A DNA stretch of 20,063 nucleotides from Gemmatimonadota bacterium (GCA_038128265.1 JAYPJE010000067.1:1-20063), one strand, 5' to 3'. Counted from the stretch's first letter, positions 1-8,409 are shown. The notes: generated by a model from the sequence alone, not told the origin. Translations and numbers: made by a program.

Positions 1-2
1 AA

Positions 3-800
3 AGTCTGTGGTGGCGCCTTTTGTACTACGAGCGCGCTTTTGGTCGCGCTGCCCTTGCACGCAACCTCGACTTTCTCGTCGAGCGCGGCCTCCCTGCTCC
101 GCACTATAGCTATGCACTACAGCGCAGCAATATGGACGCCCAGCACGGCCGCATATCGGAGATTGAGCAGCGACATGCGGGCTGGATCGTTCTACATCGC
201 CACGCCCTTTCCTATTCGCAGATCGATTCGTCTTTTGCGCGCAATTTGGCAACGATAGCCGAGCGCGTTGTGGCTTTCGGTGATAGAACAGAAAGTGAGG
301 CAACCTACGATCCGCTCGATGCGTTCTACGTGCCGCTTGCCGGCGGTGGCGCGCTGGTGCGGCCGGGTCCGCAGATAGAGGTCTGGCGCTTGCGCGGCTA
401 CGACGATCGCGCGTTGGCCGAACAGACGGTGCTCGGTGCATTTGCTCAGGCCTATGTGCGCGGAGCCATAGAGGCCCTCAACAATGGAGCTAAGGATGAA
501 TTAAAAGAGCGAACGCAGGTTGCGCTCGACCTCGATCCGCGCTGTGCAGAGGCGCATTACGTCCGCGCCGTTGAGCGGCATATGGCGGGCGACGTAGAAG
601 GCGCTTTCGCTGAATATGAGAAACAGCTATCGCTGGTAGAGGACCCTGCTGCGCTGATGAATATGGCGCTTATTTACAAGGGTAGAGGCGATGTGGAGAA
701 CGAGCGGAGCGCGTTGGAACGCGCCGTTTTGGTAGCCCCCTGGCTAGAGGAGCCGCGCCGCCGCTTGCGAGTTTTCGAGCGCCGGCAGAGCGCCCCGTAG
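3..800 (+). CDS. 5'-truncated CDS: C-terminal part of a probable membrane glycosyltransferase-like (GT-C, ArnT/PMT-like) protein with C-terminal TPR repeats
   Basis: The frame is open from position 3 to TAG at 798-800. The C-terminus has TPR-like helices (ALDLDPRCAEAHYVRA, DPAALMNMALIYKGRGD, ALERAVLVAPW). The DAFYVPLAG...RPGPQIEVWRL segment resembles, from memory, the tail of GT39-like proteins. Confidence 0.6.
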   Translation, partial: SLWWRLLYYERAFGRAALARNLDFLVERGLPAPHYSYALQRSNMDAQHGRISEIEQRHAGWIVLHRHALSYSQIDSSFARNLATIAERVVAFGDRTESEATYDPLDAFYVPLAGGGALVRPGPQIEVWRLRGYDDRALAEQTVLGAFAQAYVRGAIEALNNGAKDELKERTQVALDLDPRCAEAHYVRAVERHMAGDVEGAFAEYEKQLSLVEDPAALMNMALIYKGRGDVENERSALERAVLVAPWLEEPRRRLRVFERRQSAP

Positions 801-811
801 TGCTCCGTTGG

Positions 812-1825
812 TCAACCTTCTGCAATGGTGCGCAGCCGCTGTATCTGCTCTTCATTGCCCATGGTGATAAGCACATCGCCTGCGTTCAGTTGAATATCGG
901 CCAGCGACTCGTCGGAGCCTATTTGGGCACGCGGATTGCCCGCTTTGTCGGTGATGGCAATAATAATGGCGCGCGTCTTGTTACCAAAATCGCTCTGACG
1001 CAGCGTTCTTCCCACCAGTTCGGATCCTGCGACAATCGCCACTTCCTCTATGTGCATATCGACGCCCTGATGGCGAAACACCACGTCGAGAAAATTGACG
1101 ACGTTGGGTCGTAGCACCGTTGCCGCCATGCGTCGTCCAGCAATTTCAAAAGGCGAGATGACCCGGTTGGCGCCCGCTCGCAGCAGCTTGCTCTCCGTGC
1201 CTTCTTCGCTGGCACGCGCGACGATCTGCAGATTGGGGTTGAGCTGGCGCGCCGTGAGCGTCACAAAGACGTTCTGCGGGTCGTCGTGCAGGGCGCTGAC
1301 CAGACCTTTGGCGCGCTCAATGCCTGCTTGCAAAAGCACATCGTCGCTGGTTGCATCGCCTATCACGAGTGGGACGTCGATTTCGCGCGGTATTTCCGCC
1401 CTTTCAGCGCTGGCATCGACAACGACGTAGGGTACGCCCTCGGCATGAAATTCTTGCACGATTTCGCGTCCGATTGCTCCACACCCACAGAGTATGTAGT
1501 GATCGTTCATTTGATCGATGCGGTGCTGCATACGCCGTCCTTTCATAATCGATTGCAGCTCACCTTGCACTAGGAATGCCGTGATGCTCGCTCCAGTAAA
1601 ACCGACTAAAACCACGCTGAGAAATATGTAGACGATGGTGAACGATTCGCCTAGCAACGATAGGTCGCGCACCTCTCCAAAACCAACTGTGCTAATGGTA
1701 ATTACAGCCATGTAGAGCGCTTCGTGCAGGGGCCAGTCCTCTATGTACATGTAGGCAATCGTGCCGCTCACGGTCAGAACGGCTAGGAGGACCAGCGATA
1801 TGGTAAAACGACGCAGCGAACTCAT
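812..1825 (-). CDS. 2-TM potassium channel with RCK (TrkA_N + TrkA_C) domains, MthK/Kch-like
   Basis: Two hydrophobic helices flank the pore signature TISTVGFG. The RCK Rossmann motif ILCGCGAIG, GDAT, AGANRVISPF and a TrkA_C tail follow. Confidence 0.95.
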   Translation of the reverse strand: MSSLRRFTISLVLLAVLTVSGTIAYMYIEDWPLHEALYMAVITISTVGFGEVRDLSLLGESFTIVYIFLSVVLVGFTGASITAFLVQGELQSIMKGRRMQHRIDQMNDHYILCGCGAIGREIVQEFHAEGVPYVVVDASAERAEIPREIDVPLVIGDATSDDVLLQAGIERAKGLVSALHDDPQNVFVTLTARQLNPNLQIVARASEEGTESKLLRAGANRVISPFEIAGRRMAATVLRPNVVNFLDVVFRHQGVDMHIEEVAIVAGSELVGRTLRQSDFGNKTRAIIIAITDKAGNPRAQIGSDESLADIQLNAGDVLITMGNEEQIQRLRTIAEG

Positions 1826-1831
1826 GAAGTA

Positions 1832-3844
1832 TCAGGCATTTTTTGCGTCTGGTGCGCGGCAGCGCGCTACGACATCGCTCAAGTGTTCGAGCGAGCAGAG
1901 CACGACGATATCGTCGTTGCCGTGCAGGGTAAAGTCGCCGTCGGGATTAGGCCACAGTCGCTCGGCGCGCCGCACGGCCAGGACGGCTGCGCCATTGCGG
2001 CGGCGCAGGTCGGACTGCGCGAGCGTGCACCCGTCGAGCTCGGCCCCGACATCGACGTGCAGCGTAGCCATTTCTACATCGCCCAGTTGGCGGCGCAGGG
2101 CCGGTGCAGCCCCTTGCCCATCGACGCGAAAAAGGCCGTAGCCGTCGGAGCGCACTTCAGCGGCAAATTGCTCAATTTCTTCGCGTGCGACCAAGTAGCG
2201 GCGCAGCACGCGCGCAATAATTTCAACGGATGTTTCAAACTCTTCTGGTATTACTTCGTCTGCTCCAAGCTCGTGCAGTGCCTCCACTTCGCCAACAAAG
2301 CGCGTGCGCGCTACAATGTGCAGCGCCGGATTGATGCTGCGTGCCCGCGCGATAACTCGCCGCACGGTCGCCAGATCGGGAATGGTTACGACGAGGGCGC
2401 GTGCGCGCTCTGCGCCGGCGTAGCGCAAGACGTCTTCGCTGGATGCATCGCCGTAGAATATCGGTTCTTTCTGCGCTCGCTCACGCCGCACGGTCTCTGG
2501 ATTGGTCTCGGTTATTACATACTCAATAGACGCGCAGCGTGCGGCGCGTGCGACGTTGCGTCCGTTGATGCCAAAGCCAGCGATGATGACGTGATCGTTG
2601 ATGTCGTTCGGACGGTCTTGCTCGCGATTTTCCAAGCCGAGCCTGTCGGCAAAGAGGCCCAGTTTGAGGGCCGAGGGCAGCGGCCAAGCTGCTATGCGCT
2701 GGCCAGCCCAGTGCCCGGCGCGCATGAGAAATGGGGTGCACACCATCGTCAGCACGGAAATGGCTAAAAAGAGCCCATAGTGCTGCTGGTTGAGCAGGCC
2801 GGTGTCGACGCCGACCCTCGATAGCACGAAAGAAAACTCGCCTACCTGCGCCAGTCCCAGCCCCGTGACGAGTGCCGTATGTAAGGGGTAGCCCAAGGCA
2901 AGCGCGACGAAGCCGACAATGCAGGCTTTGAGAAAGATCACCACCAGGGCCGCGCCGAAGACCACGCCTGCCTGCTCGACTACGATGCGCACATCGAGCA
3001 GCATACCAACGGAGACAAAGAAAAAGCTGGTAAATACGTCGCGGAAGGGCAGGATGTTTTCGAGCGCCTGGTGGCTGTACTCGGACTCAGAGATGATTAG
3101 ACCGGCCATAAAGGCACCCAGCGCCAACGAAAGGCCGAGTTCTGCCGTTAGCCAGGCCACGGCAAAGCACAGCACGCTCGTGCTTATGAGAAAGAGCTCG
3201 CGACTGCTGGCGCGCGCTATAAAGAAGAAGGCTTTTGGCACGATCCATCTGGAGGCGACGACGATGAGGATGACGACGCCCAACGCCTTGAGGGCCAGTT
3301 CTACTAGTTGCGGAAACGGATCGCCGCCCGCTCCGGCCAAAATAGGTGCGAATAGCATGAGCGGCACGATAGCAATATCCTGAAAAATCAGCACCGCTAG
3401 CGACAGGCGACCGTGCGAAGTATTAATCGTGCCCGTCTCTTGGTATAGGCGCATGACGATGGCAGTGCTGCTCAGGGATACGAGAAAGCCGGCAAATACC
3501 GCCGGTCCAATCGCTAAGCCCAGCTGCGCTACAAGCAGGTAGGTTGCGGCGATGGTCAGGCCTACTTGCAGCGCGCCGCCAAACAGCACCTGGCGCTTGA
3601 TGCGCAGGAGTTCGTCGACGGAAAATTCAATGCCAATGGTGAAGAGCAGCAGCACGATGCCGACCTCGGCGAGGATTTCCACTTCGTGCACGGCTCCGAC
3701 CAGTCCAAAACCGTGTGGGCCGGTCAGTGCACCGGTAAACAAAAAGCCGATAATCGCCGGCAGGCGCAGTCTGTGGAATAGCAGGAGCACCACGACAGCT
3801 ACGGCAAAAATAACCACGATATCATTGAGCAGCTTTATTTCCAT
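1832..3844 (-). CDS. Monovalent cation:proton antiporter-2 (CPA2, Kef-type K+ efflux) with TrkA_N and TrkA_C domains
   Basis: Many TM segments with the CPA2 motifs LLFTIGIEFS, SLSSTAIV, LIFQDIA, LGAFMAG, FFVSVGM and QVGEFSFV, followed by RCK GFGING and YGDAS. The start is placed at ATG 3844 (MEIKLL), where the family-like sequence begins. Confidence 0.93.
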   Translation of the reverse strand: MEIKLLNDIVVIFAVAVVVLLLFHRLRLPAIIGFLFTGALTGPHGFGLVGAVHEVEILAEVGIVLLLFTIGIEFSVDELLRIKRQVLFGGALQVGLTIAATYLLVAQLGLAIGPAVFAGFLVSLSSTAIVMRLYQETGTINTSHGRLSLAVLIFQDIAIVPLMLFAPILAGAGGDPFPQLVELALKALGVVILIVVASRWIVPKAFFFIARASSRELFLISTSVLCFAVAWLTAELGLSLALGAFMAGLIISESEYSHQALENILPFRDVFTSFFFVSVGMLLDVRIVVEQAGVVFGAALVVIFLKACIVGFVALALGYPLHTALVTGLGLAQVGEFSFVLSRVGVDTGLLNQQHYGLFLAISVLTMVCTPFLMRAGHWAGQRIAAWPLPSALKLGLFADRLGLENREQDRPNDINDHVIIAGFGINGRNVARAARCASIEYVITETNPETVRRERAQKEPIFYGDASSEDVLRYAGAERARALVVTIPDLATVRRVIARARSINPALHIVARTRFVGEVEALHELGADEVIPEEFETSVEIIARVLRRYLVAREEIEQFAAEVRSDGYGLFRVDGQGAAPALRRQLGDVEMATLHVDVGAELDGCTLAQSDLRRRNGAAVLAVRRAERLWPNPDGDFTLHGNDDIVVLCSLEHLSDVVARCRAPDAKNA

Positions 3845-3946
3845 TGCGCTGTTGTTGGGCGGGTGCTTGACACTGCACGCCGTCTTTGCTTTGCTATCGG
3901 CTCGCGCCGATTGGTTAATAACGTTAACTGAGACGAACACAAATAT

Positions 3947-4723
3947 ATGGAACTACTCGCGCACACGACGAACCCCTTTGGCGGCGTTCTGACGCAGACC
4001 GATGAACTGCCCGACGATCCCGAGGCATTCCGCGCCCAGCTACAGCACTCAATCGATACGTGGCGCACCGAGGGATACCGCGTGGTGTGGGTCGAACTGC
4101 CCATTGCGCTCGCCACCCTCGTGCCGGTGGCCGCTGCAGCGGGTTTTACCTACCACCACAGCGGCGAAGACTACGTGATGATGACGCTGCGCTTGCAGGA
4201 TGGTGCCTTTATACCCGCGCACGCCTCGCACTATATCGGTGCCGGGGGCGTCGTCATTAGCGAGGACCAAGAGCTGCTGGTCGTCAGCGAAAAGTACCAC
4301 AGTCAGCGCCCCGGTCCGCCGCGCTACAAGCTGCCCGGCGGGGCGCTGCACGAGGGCGAGCACCTAGCCGAGGCCGTAGTGCGCGAAGTGCTCGAAGAGA
4401 CGGGTGTGCACGCGCGCTTTGAAGCGCTGGTCTGCTTTCGCCACTGGCACGGCTATCGCTACGGCAAATCCGATATCTACTTCGTCTGTCGCCTGAGCCC
4501 GTTGAGCAAAGCCATCACCATTCAAGAGGATGAGATTGCCGAATGCCTGTGGATGCCCGTCGAAGCGTATTTCCATGCCGAGGGCGTTAGTGCCTTTAAC
4601 AAGCGCATTGTCAAGACGGCGATGAGCAGCCCCGGCGTCACACCCGTTGAAGTCGAGGGGTACGCCGAGCCGGAACGCTATGAGTTCTTCATGCCGGTCG
4701 ACTTGGAAATGAGCGAGGATTAA
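3947..4723 (+). CDS. Nudix hydrolase, NUDT6/plant NUDX2-7-like, with a pre-Nudix N-terminal domain
   Basis: Canonical Nudix box GALHEGEHLAEAVVREVLEETGV. The N-terminal 'SIDTWRTEGYRVVWVELP...GFTYHH' and the 'FRHWH..YGKSDIYFVC' segments are typical of this subfamily. Confidence 0.9.
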   Translation: MELLAHTTNPFGGVLTQTDELPDDPEAFRAQLQHSIDTWRTEGYRVVWVELPIALATLVPVAAAAGFTYHHSGEDYVMMTLRLQDGAFIPAHASHYIGAGGVVISEDQELLVVSEKYHSQRPGPPRYKLPGGALHEGEHLAEAVVREVLEETGVHARFEALVCFRHWHGYRYGKSDIYFVCRLSPLSKAITIQEDEIAECLWMPVEAYFHAEGVSAFNKRIVKTAMSSPGVTPVEVEGYAEPERYEFFMPVDLEMSED

Positions 4724-4727
4724 TTCG

Positions 4728-6146
4728 TTGGTAAAGCCCAACATACTGCTCTTGATGACCGACCAGCAGCGGGCCGACGCGCTCGGCTGCAGCGGTGGAT
4801 GGGTGGAAACGCCCCATCTCGACCGCATTGCAGCCGGCGGAGTGCGCTTTGAAAACTGCGTTACGAATGCACCCGTGTGCGTTCCTGCGCGTCTGAGTTT
4901 GGCAACGGGCCTCTATCCGCACAACACCGGCGTGTGGAACAACCAAACGAGTCAACTCAGCAGCGATCAGCCCACGTGGATGCAGCGCGTGCGCGATGCG
5001 GGATACAGGACGAGCCTGTTTGGCAAGACGCACCTGCATCCGCACGGGGGCGATCTGCGCGATCGCGAGTATCTGATGAAGACCTATGGACTCGATGACG
5101 TAGATGAAATTGGCGGTCCGCGCGCGAGTATGCGCGTGCTCTCGCATATGACGGCATGGTGGCGCGACGAAGGCGTCTGGGATCGGTATAAGGCCGATTT
5201 CGACGAGCGCTTTGACCGGAAGCCACATATGGTCCGACCTTCGCCCCTGGGCATGGAGCACTACGCCGATGTCTATGTCGGCCAGCGCGCCAAACAGTAT
5301 ATCGAGAACTACGATCTCAACCAGCCGTGGTGCTGCTGGGTTAGCTTTGGCGGGCCGCATGAGCCGTGGGATGCGCCCGAGCCCTATGCCAGCATGTACG
5401 ATCCGCAGCGCATGCCCGCGCCGCGTGCCGTGCCGAAGAGCGCCGGATCGAGGCCACGTGGTCATCTCGATGCGCTGCTGGAAGGCGATCGTGCGCTGAC
5501 GCCTGATGATACAGCTGCCATGCGCGCTAATTACGCCGGTAATATAAGCCTGATCGATGCACAGATCGGCGAGATACTCGATGCCATTGAGCGGCGCGAC
5601 GAGCTCGACAACACGATAATCGTGTTTGTTTCCGATCACGGCGAAATGAACGGCGATGCCAACCTCATCTACAAGTCGAATTTTCTCGACGGGGCCGTGC
5701 GCGTGCCGCTGCTAGTACGCGCACCGGGCATGGCACAGGGCGCCGTGTGTGCGTCACCGGTTGAGTGGTTTGATATCGGTCCAACGCTAGTGGAACTAGC
5801 CGGTGGGGAGGTGGACTATCCACAGTTTGCCCGTTCGCTCTGCCCGGTACTGGGCGATCCGCAGCGCGCGCATCGCAGCGAAGCCATTTCTGAGCTGAGC
5901 GGAGAAATCATGCTGCTCGATGAGCAATGGAAAGTGGCGCTCAATGCCGAGGGACAGGTCTATATGCTGTTTGACGTGCAGAACGATCCGCAAGAGCGGG
6001 AAAACTTGGCTGGTCAAGCGGATATGCGACAAGTAGAAGAAGGACTGCGCCTGCGCATTCTCGAACGCCTGGTGCAGACACAGCTACGGGGAGCGGGCTA
6101 TGCGTTTGACCTGCACGGCACGATGCGGCGGAACTCCAGCGAATAG
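4728..6146 (+). CDS. Cys-type (formylglycine-dependent) sulfatase, choline-sulfatase/arylsulfatase-like, with no signal peptide
   Basis: Motifs KPNILLLMTDQQR, CVPARLSLATG (CxPxR), GKTH, PHEPW, SDHG and YKS. TTG start with GAGGA at 4715-4719. Confidence 0.93.
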   Translation: MVKPNILLLMTDQQRADALGCSGGWVETPHLDRIAAGGVRFENCVTNAPVCVPARLSLATGLYPHNTGVWNNQTSQLSSDQPTWMQRVRDAGYRTSLFGKTHLHPHGGDLRDREYLMKTYGLDDVDEIGGPRASMRVLSHMTAWWRDEGVWDRYKADFDERFDRKPHMVRPSPLGMEHYADVYVGQRAKQYIENYDLNQPWCCWVSFGGPHEPWDAPEPYASMYDPQRMPAPRAVPKSAGSRPRGHLDALLEGDRALTPDDTAAMRANYAGNISLIDAQIGEILDAIERRDELDNTIIVFVSDHGEMNGDANLIYKSNFLDGAVRVPLLVRAPGMAQGAVCASPVEWFDIGPTLVELAGGEVDYPQFARSLCPVLGDPQRAHRSEAISELSGEIMLLDEQWKVALNAEGQVYMLFDVQNDPQERENLAGQADMRQVEEGLRLRILERLVQTQLRGAGYAFDLHGTMRRNSSE

Positions 6147-6147
6147 A

Positions 6148-6250
6148 ATGCCCTCCTTAGCAGATTCCCGGTCCACATACTTAAGCGCCGGCGTCGTATA
6201 TGCGCTAGCCCTAGTACCCTACCTAAGTATTTTAGGCAACGGGCGCGCCC
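6148..6250 (+). pseudogene. Possible 5' relic of a membrane protein gene (GT-C/TMTC-like first TM helix)
   Basis: An ATG 1 nt after the sulfatase stop reads MPSLADSRSTYLSAGVVYALALVPYLSILGNG. The frame then runs antisense into the neighbouring gene and stops at 6294. Confidence 0.4.
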
Positions 6251-7246
6251 CTAACGCGCTTGCAACCCCAGCTTTTCCAATACTGCCGTATTGACCACGT
6301 ATTCCGGCACCCGCCCCTGCAGCACGTCGACAATCGACTGAGCGGCCCAAATCGACATGCGTTCGCGCGCCGCATTGGTTTTCGATCCCGAATGCGGCAG
6401 CGCTAGCACGGTGGGCAGGCGCACCAGCTCCAGCGAGGTGCCCGTTGGCGGCTCGGTTGCCTGACAGTCGAGTCCGGCACCCTGCAAATGACCGCTCTGC
6501 AGCGCGCCGATCAGCGCCTCTTCGTCGACCAGTCCGCCGCGCGCCGTGTTGATCAGATAGCTACCGGACTTCATGGCTGATAGAAATTCGGCGTCGACCA
6601 TGTTTTTGTTGGCATCGGTCATAGGCGTATGCAGCGTAATGGCGTCTGCTTCTCCCAGCAGGGTCGACCGATCGACGGCTTCGGCACCCATTGCTGCGAT
6701 TGCCGCGGCATCCACCCACGGGTCGTGCACCAGCACGCGCATGCGAAAGCCCTGTGCGCGCCGCACGACCTCGGCGCCAATGCGTCCGCAGCCGACCAGC
6801 CCCAGCGTCATGGCCGATAGGTCTTCGCCGATGGGCACGTCGTACTCGTCTCCGGCCTTGACGGTGCGATCGCCTGCGACGAGTTGGCGCGTCATACCCA
6901 ACAGCAGGGCAAATACCTGGTCGGCCACCGCATCGCTCATTGCTCCGGGCGTATAGGTGACGACGATGCCACGCTCGGTGCAGTAGTCCAAGTCCACTTT
7001 GTCATAACCAACGCCGTTGCGTGCGATGACCTTTAGCGACTGGCTGTCATCCAGCGTGCTGGCGTTCAGGTTTTCCGAGCCGGCTAGCAGTCCATCGATG
7101 CCGATGACCTTCTCACGCGTTTCGTCATCAGGCCAGCCCGGCTGCGGTCGTTGTACGATCACCTCCAGGCCGGCTGTCTCCATGATATCGCTCGCCGGAG
7201 AGCGTCCCTTGAACTCGATGTTTACGCTGGATAGTACTTTAGCCAT
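6251..7246 (-). CDS. D-isomer-specific 2-hydroxyacid dehydrogenase (phosphoglycerate dehydrogenase-like, no ACT domain)
   Basis: Motifs ARNGVGYDKVD, GLVGCGRIG, VHDPW, INTARGGLVDE, LDCQATEP and PHSGS. ATG 7246 is preceded by GAGGA, which overlaps the upstream stop. Confidence 0.92.
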   Translation of the reverse strand: MAKVLSSVNIEFKGRSPASDIMETAGLEVIVQRPQPGWPDDETREKVIGIDGLLAGSENLNASTLDDSQSLKVIARNGVGYDKVDLDYCTERGIVVTYTPGAMSDAVADQVFALLLGMTRQLVAGDRTVKAGDEYDVPIGEDLSAMTLGLVGCGRIGAEVVRRAQGFRMRVLVHDPWVDAAAIAAMGAEAVDRSTLLGEADAITLHTPMTDANKNMVDAEFLSAMKSGSYLINTARGGLVDEEALIGALQSGHLQGAGLDCQATEPPTGTSLELVRLPTVLALPHSGSKTNAARERMSIWAAQSIVDVLQGRVPEYVVNTAVLEKLGLQAR

Positions 7247-7256
7247 GGTGCAATCC

Positions 7257-8252
7257 TCAAAAGCGAGAGTGTTCGTATTCGTCAAAGGGCGTTGCAACAC
7301 CCAGTTCGTCGGCGAGGTCCTGCAGGCTCTGTTGGTGTTCCGCTGAGACGGGGATGCCGTCGCGTGCATAGTCGCGCTCGCGCTGCCATTCGAGTCCGCC
7401 GGGCAGCTCGGCTCGCTCAAAGCCGGGAAAGGGGCGCATGGCGCGCGCCTCGCCAATAAACCGATCCATTTCGCGCTTAAACTGGTCGACCGGCATAAAG
7501 CATTTGACGTCGTACACAGTTATAAAAGACCCTTGGTTTGATTCCCATTGGGACTGCGGTGGTATAAACTCCGGGAGGTAAATGCCGGCGAGCATGCCGC
7601 CAAAGGCGCGGTTCATAGCGCCGATGCCCAGCTCCTTGAAAAAGGCGAAAGGCATGCGCTCGAAGAGGGCTTCGTCCCAGGGCAGCATTGATGCGCCCAT
7701 ATCGATGACCAGCGGCGGTTGCTCGCCCGAGGGGAAGGCAACGCTGATGGGCGAAGTGCAGTTGACGCTTTTGACGATAGAGTCCGGATTGAGCGGTGAG
7801 CGATGCGACGATACGGCGATGGCGAAGCAGTCCTGTGCGATGGCCATACGCGTGTATTTGCCCGCGCCGCCAAAGTGAAAGTGGTTGCGCGTAGTGACGG
7901 CTGCGGTGCCGTATTCTTTGGCCTTTTCTATGGCCCACTGCGTGCCCTGATAGCAGGGGAAATGCCCCATACCACCGTCGCCATCGTAAACGCGCGTGGT
8001 TGGTGTTTCGCTGACGACCGTCACGTTGGGCCGCGGGTTGACTCGCCCCTGGCGCATCATGCCGACGTAGCCCGGCGTCTGGCGCGTGCCGTGGCTGTGC
8101 ACGCCGCGCAGATCCGTAAGCACGAGTAACTCGGCTATCAGACGCGCGTTGTCCGGTGATGTCTCCGCTTTTTCAAAGAGTGCGGCGACCAACTGGCGCA
8201 GCGGCTCGGGGGGCACGCGGATGCCCGTATTGGGAGGTACGTTTGAACCCAC
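7257..8252 (-). CDS. Ldh_2 family (malate/L-lactate/sulfolactate dehydrogenase-like) oxidoreductase, divergent
   Basis: Motifs DLRGVHSHG, DGDGGMG, AIEKAKEYG, RNHFHFG, LVIDM and LPG. GTG start with an AAGGAG SD. Confidence 0.88.
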   Translation of the reverse strand: MGSNVPPNTGIRVPPEPLRQLVAALFEKAETSPDNARLIAELLVLTDLRGVHSHGTRQTPGYVGMMRQGRVNPRPNVTVVSETPTTRVYDGDGGMGHFPCYQGTQWAIEKAKEYGTAAVTTRNHFHFGGAGKYTRMAIAQDCFAIAVSSHRSPLNPDSIVKSVNCTSPISVAFPSGEQPPLVIDMGASMLPWDEALFERMPFAFFKELGIGAMNRAFGGMLAGIYLPEFIPPQSQWESNQGSFITVYDVKCFMPVDQFKREMDRFIGEARAMRPFPGFERAELPGGLEWQRERDYARDGIPVSAEHQQSLQDLADELGVATPFDEYEHSRF

Positions 8253-8284
8253 AGCAGCTCTCCTTGCAAGAAAGACCAGCGCGC

Positions 8285-8314
8285 TAAATACGGTTGCTCC
8301 ACATAGGATGTCAA
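8285..8314 (-). promoter_or_regulatory. Candidate sigma70 promoter for the Ldh_2/dehydrogenase operon
   Basis: The minus strand reads TTGACA (8314-8309), an 18-nt spacer, then TATTTA (8290-8285), ending about 30 nt upstream of the start codon. Confidence 0.45.
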
Positions 8315-8409
8315 GTAAAGTAGAATTGCCTAGACGTCGCCAATTTATTTGCTTTTAACGGTCCGTTCTGCTTTCGCCGAAAGCGTCTACCACTTCGAGA
8401 GATCACCCC

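Noticed and set aside
3867..3900. Perfect TTGACA upstream of the Nudix gene, and a sigma54-like TGCAC...TTGC
   Set aside because: There is no acceptable -10 hexamer at 16-18 nt spacing, and the sigma54 -24 GG dinucleotide is missing.
3845..3940. Longer N-terminal extensions given by the ORF track (also 7247..7456, 9437..9640, 13639..13734, 14732..14869 and 18564..18767)
   Set aside because: The extensions are low-complexity or overlap neighbouring genes. The downstream starts match the family N-termini and most have an SD or stop-start coupling.
6251..7246. Calling the dehydrogenase serA
   Set aside because: It lacks ACT/ASB regulatory domains and sits in a catabolic context. Family membership alone does not define the substrate.
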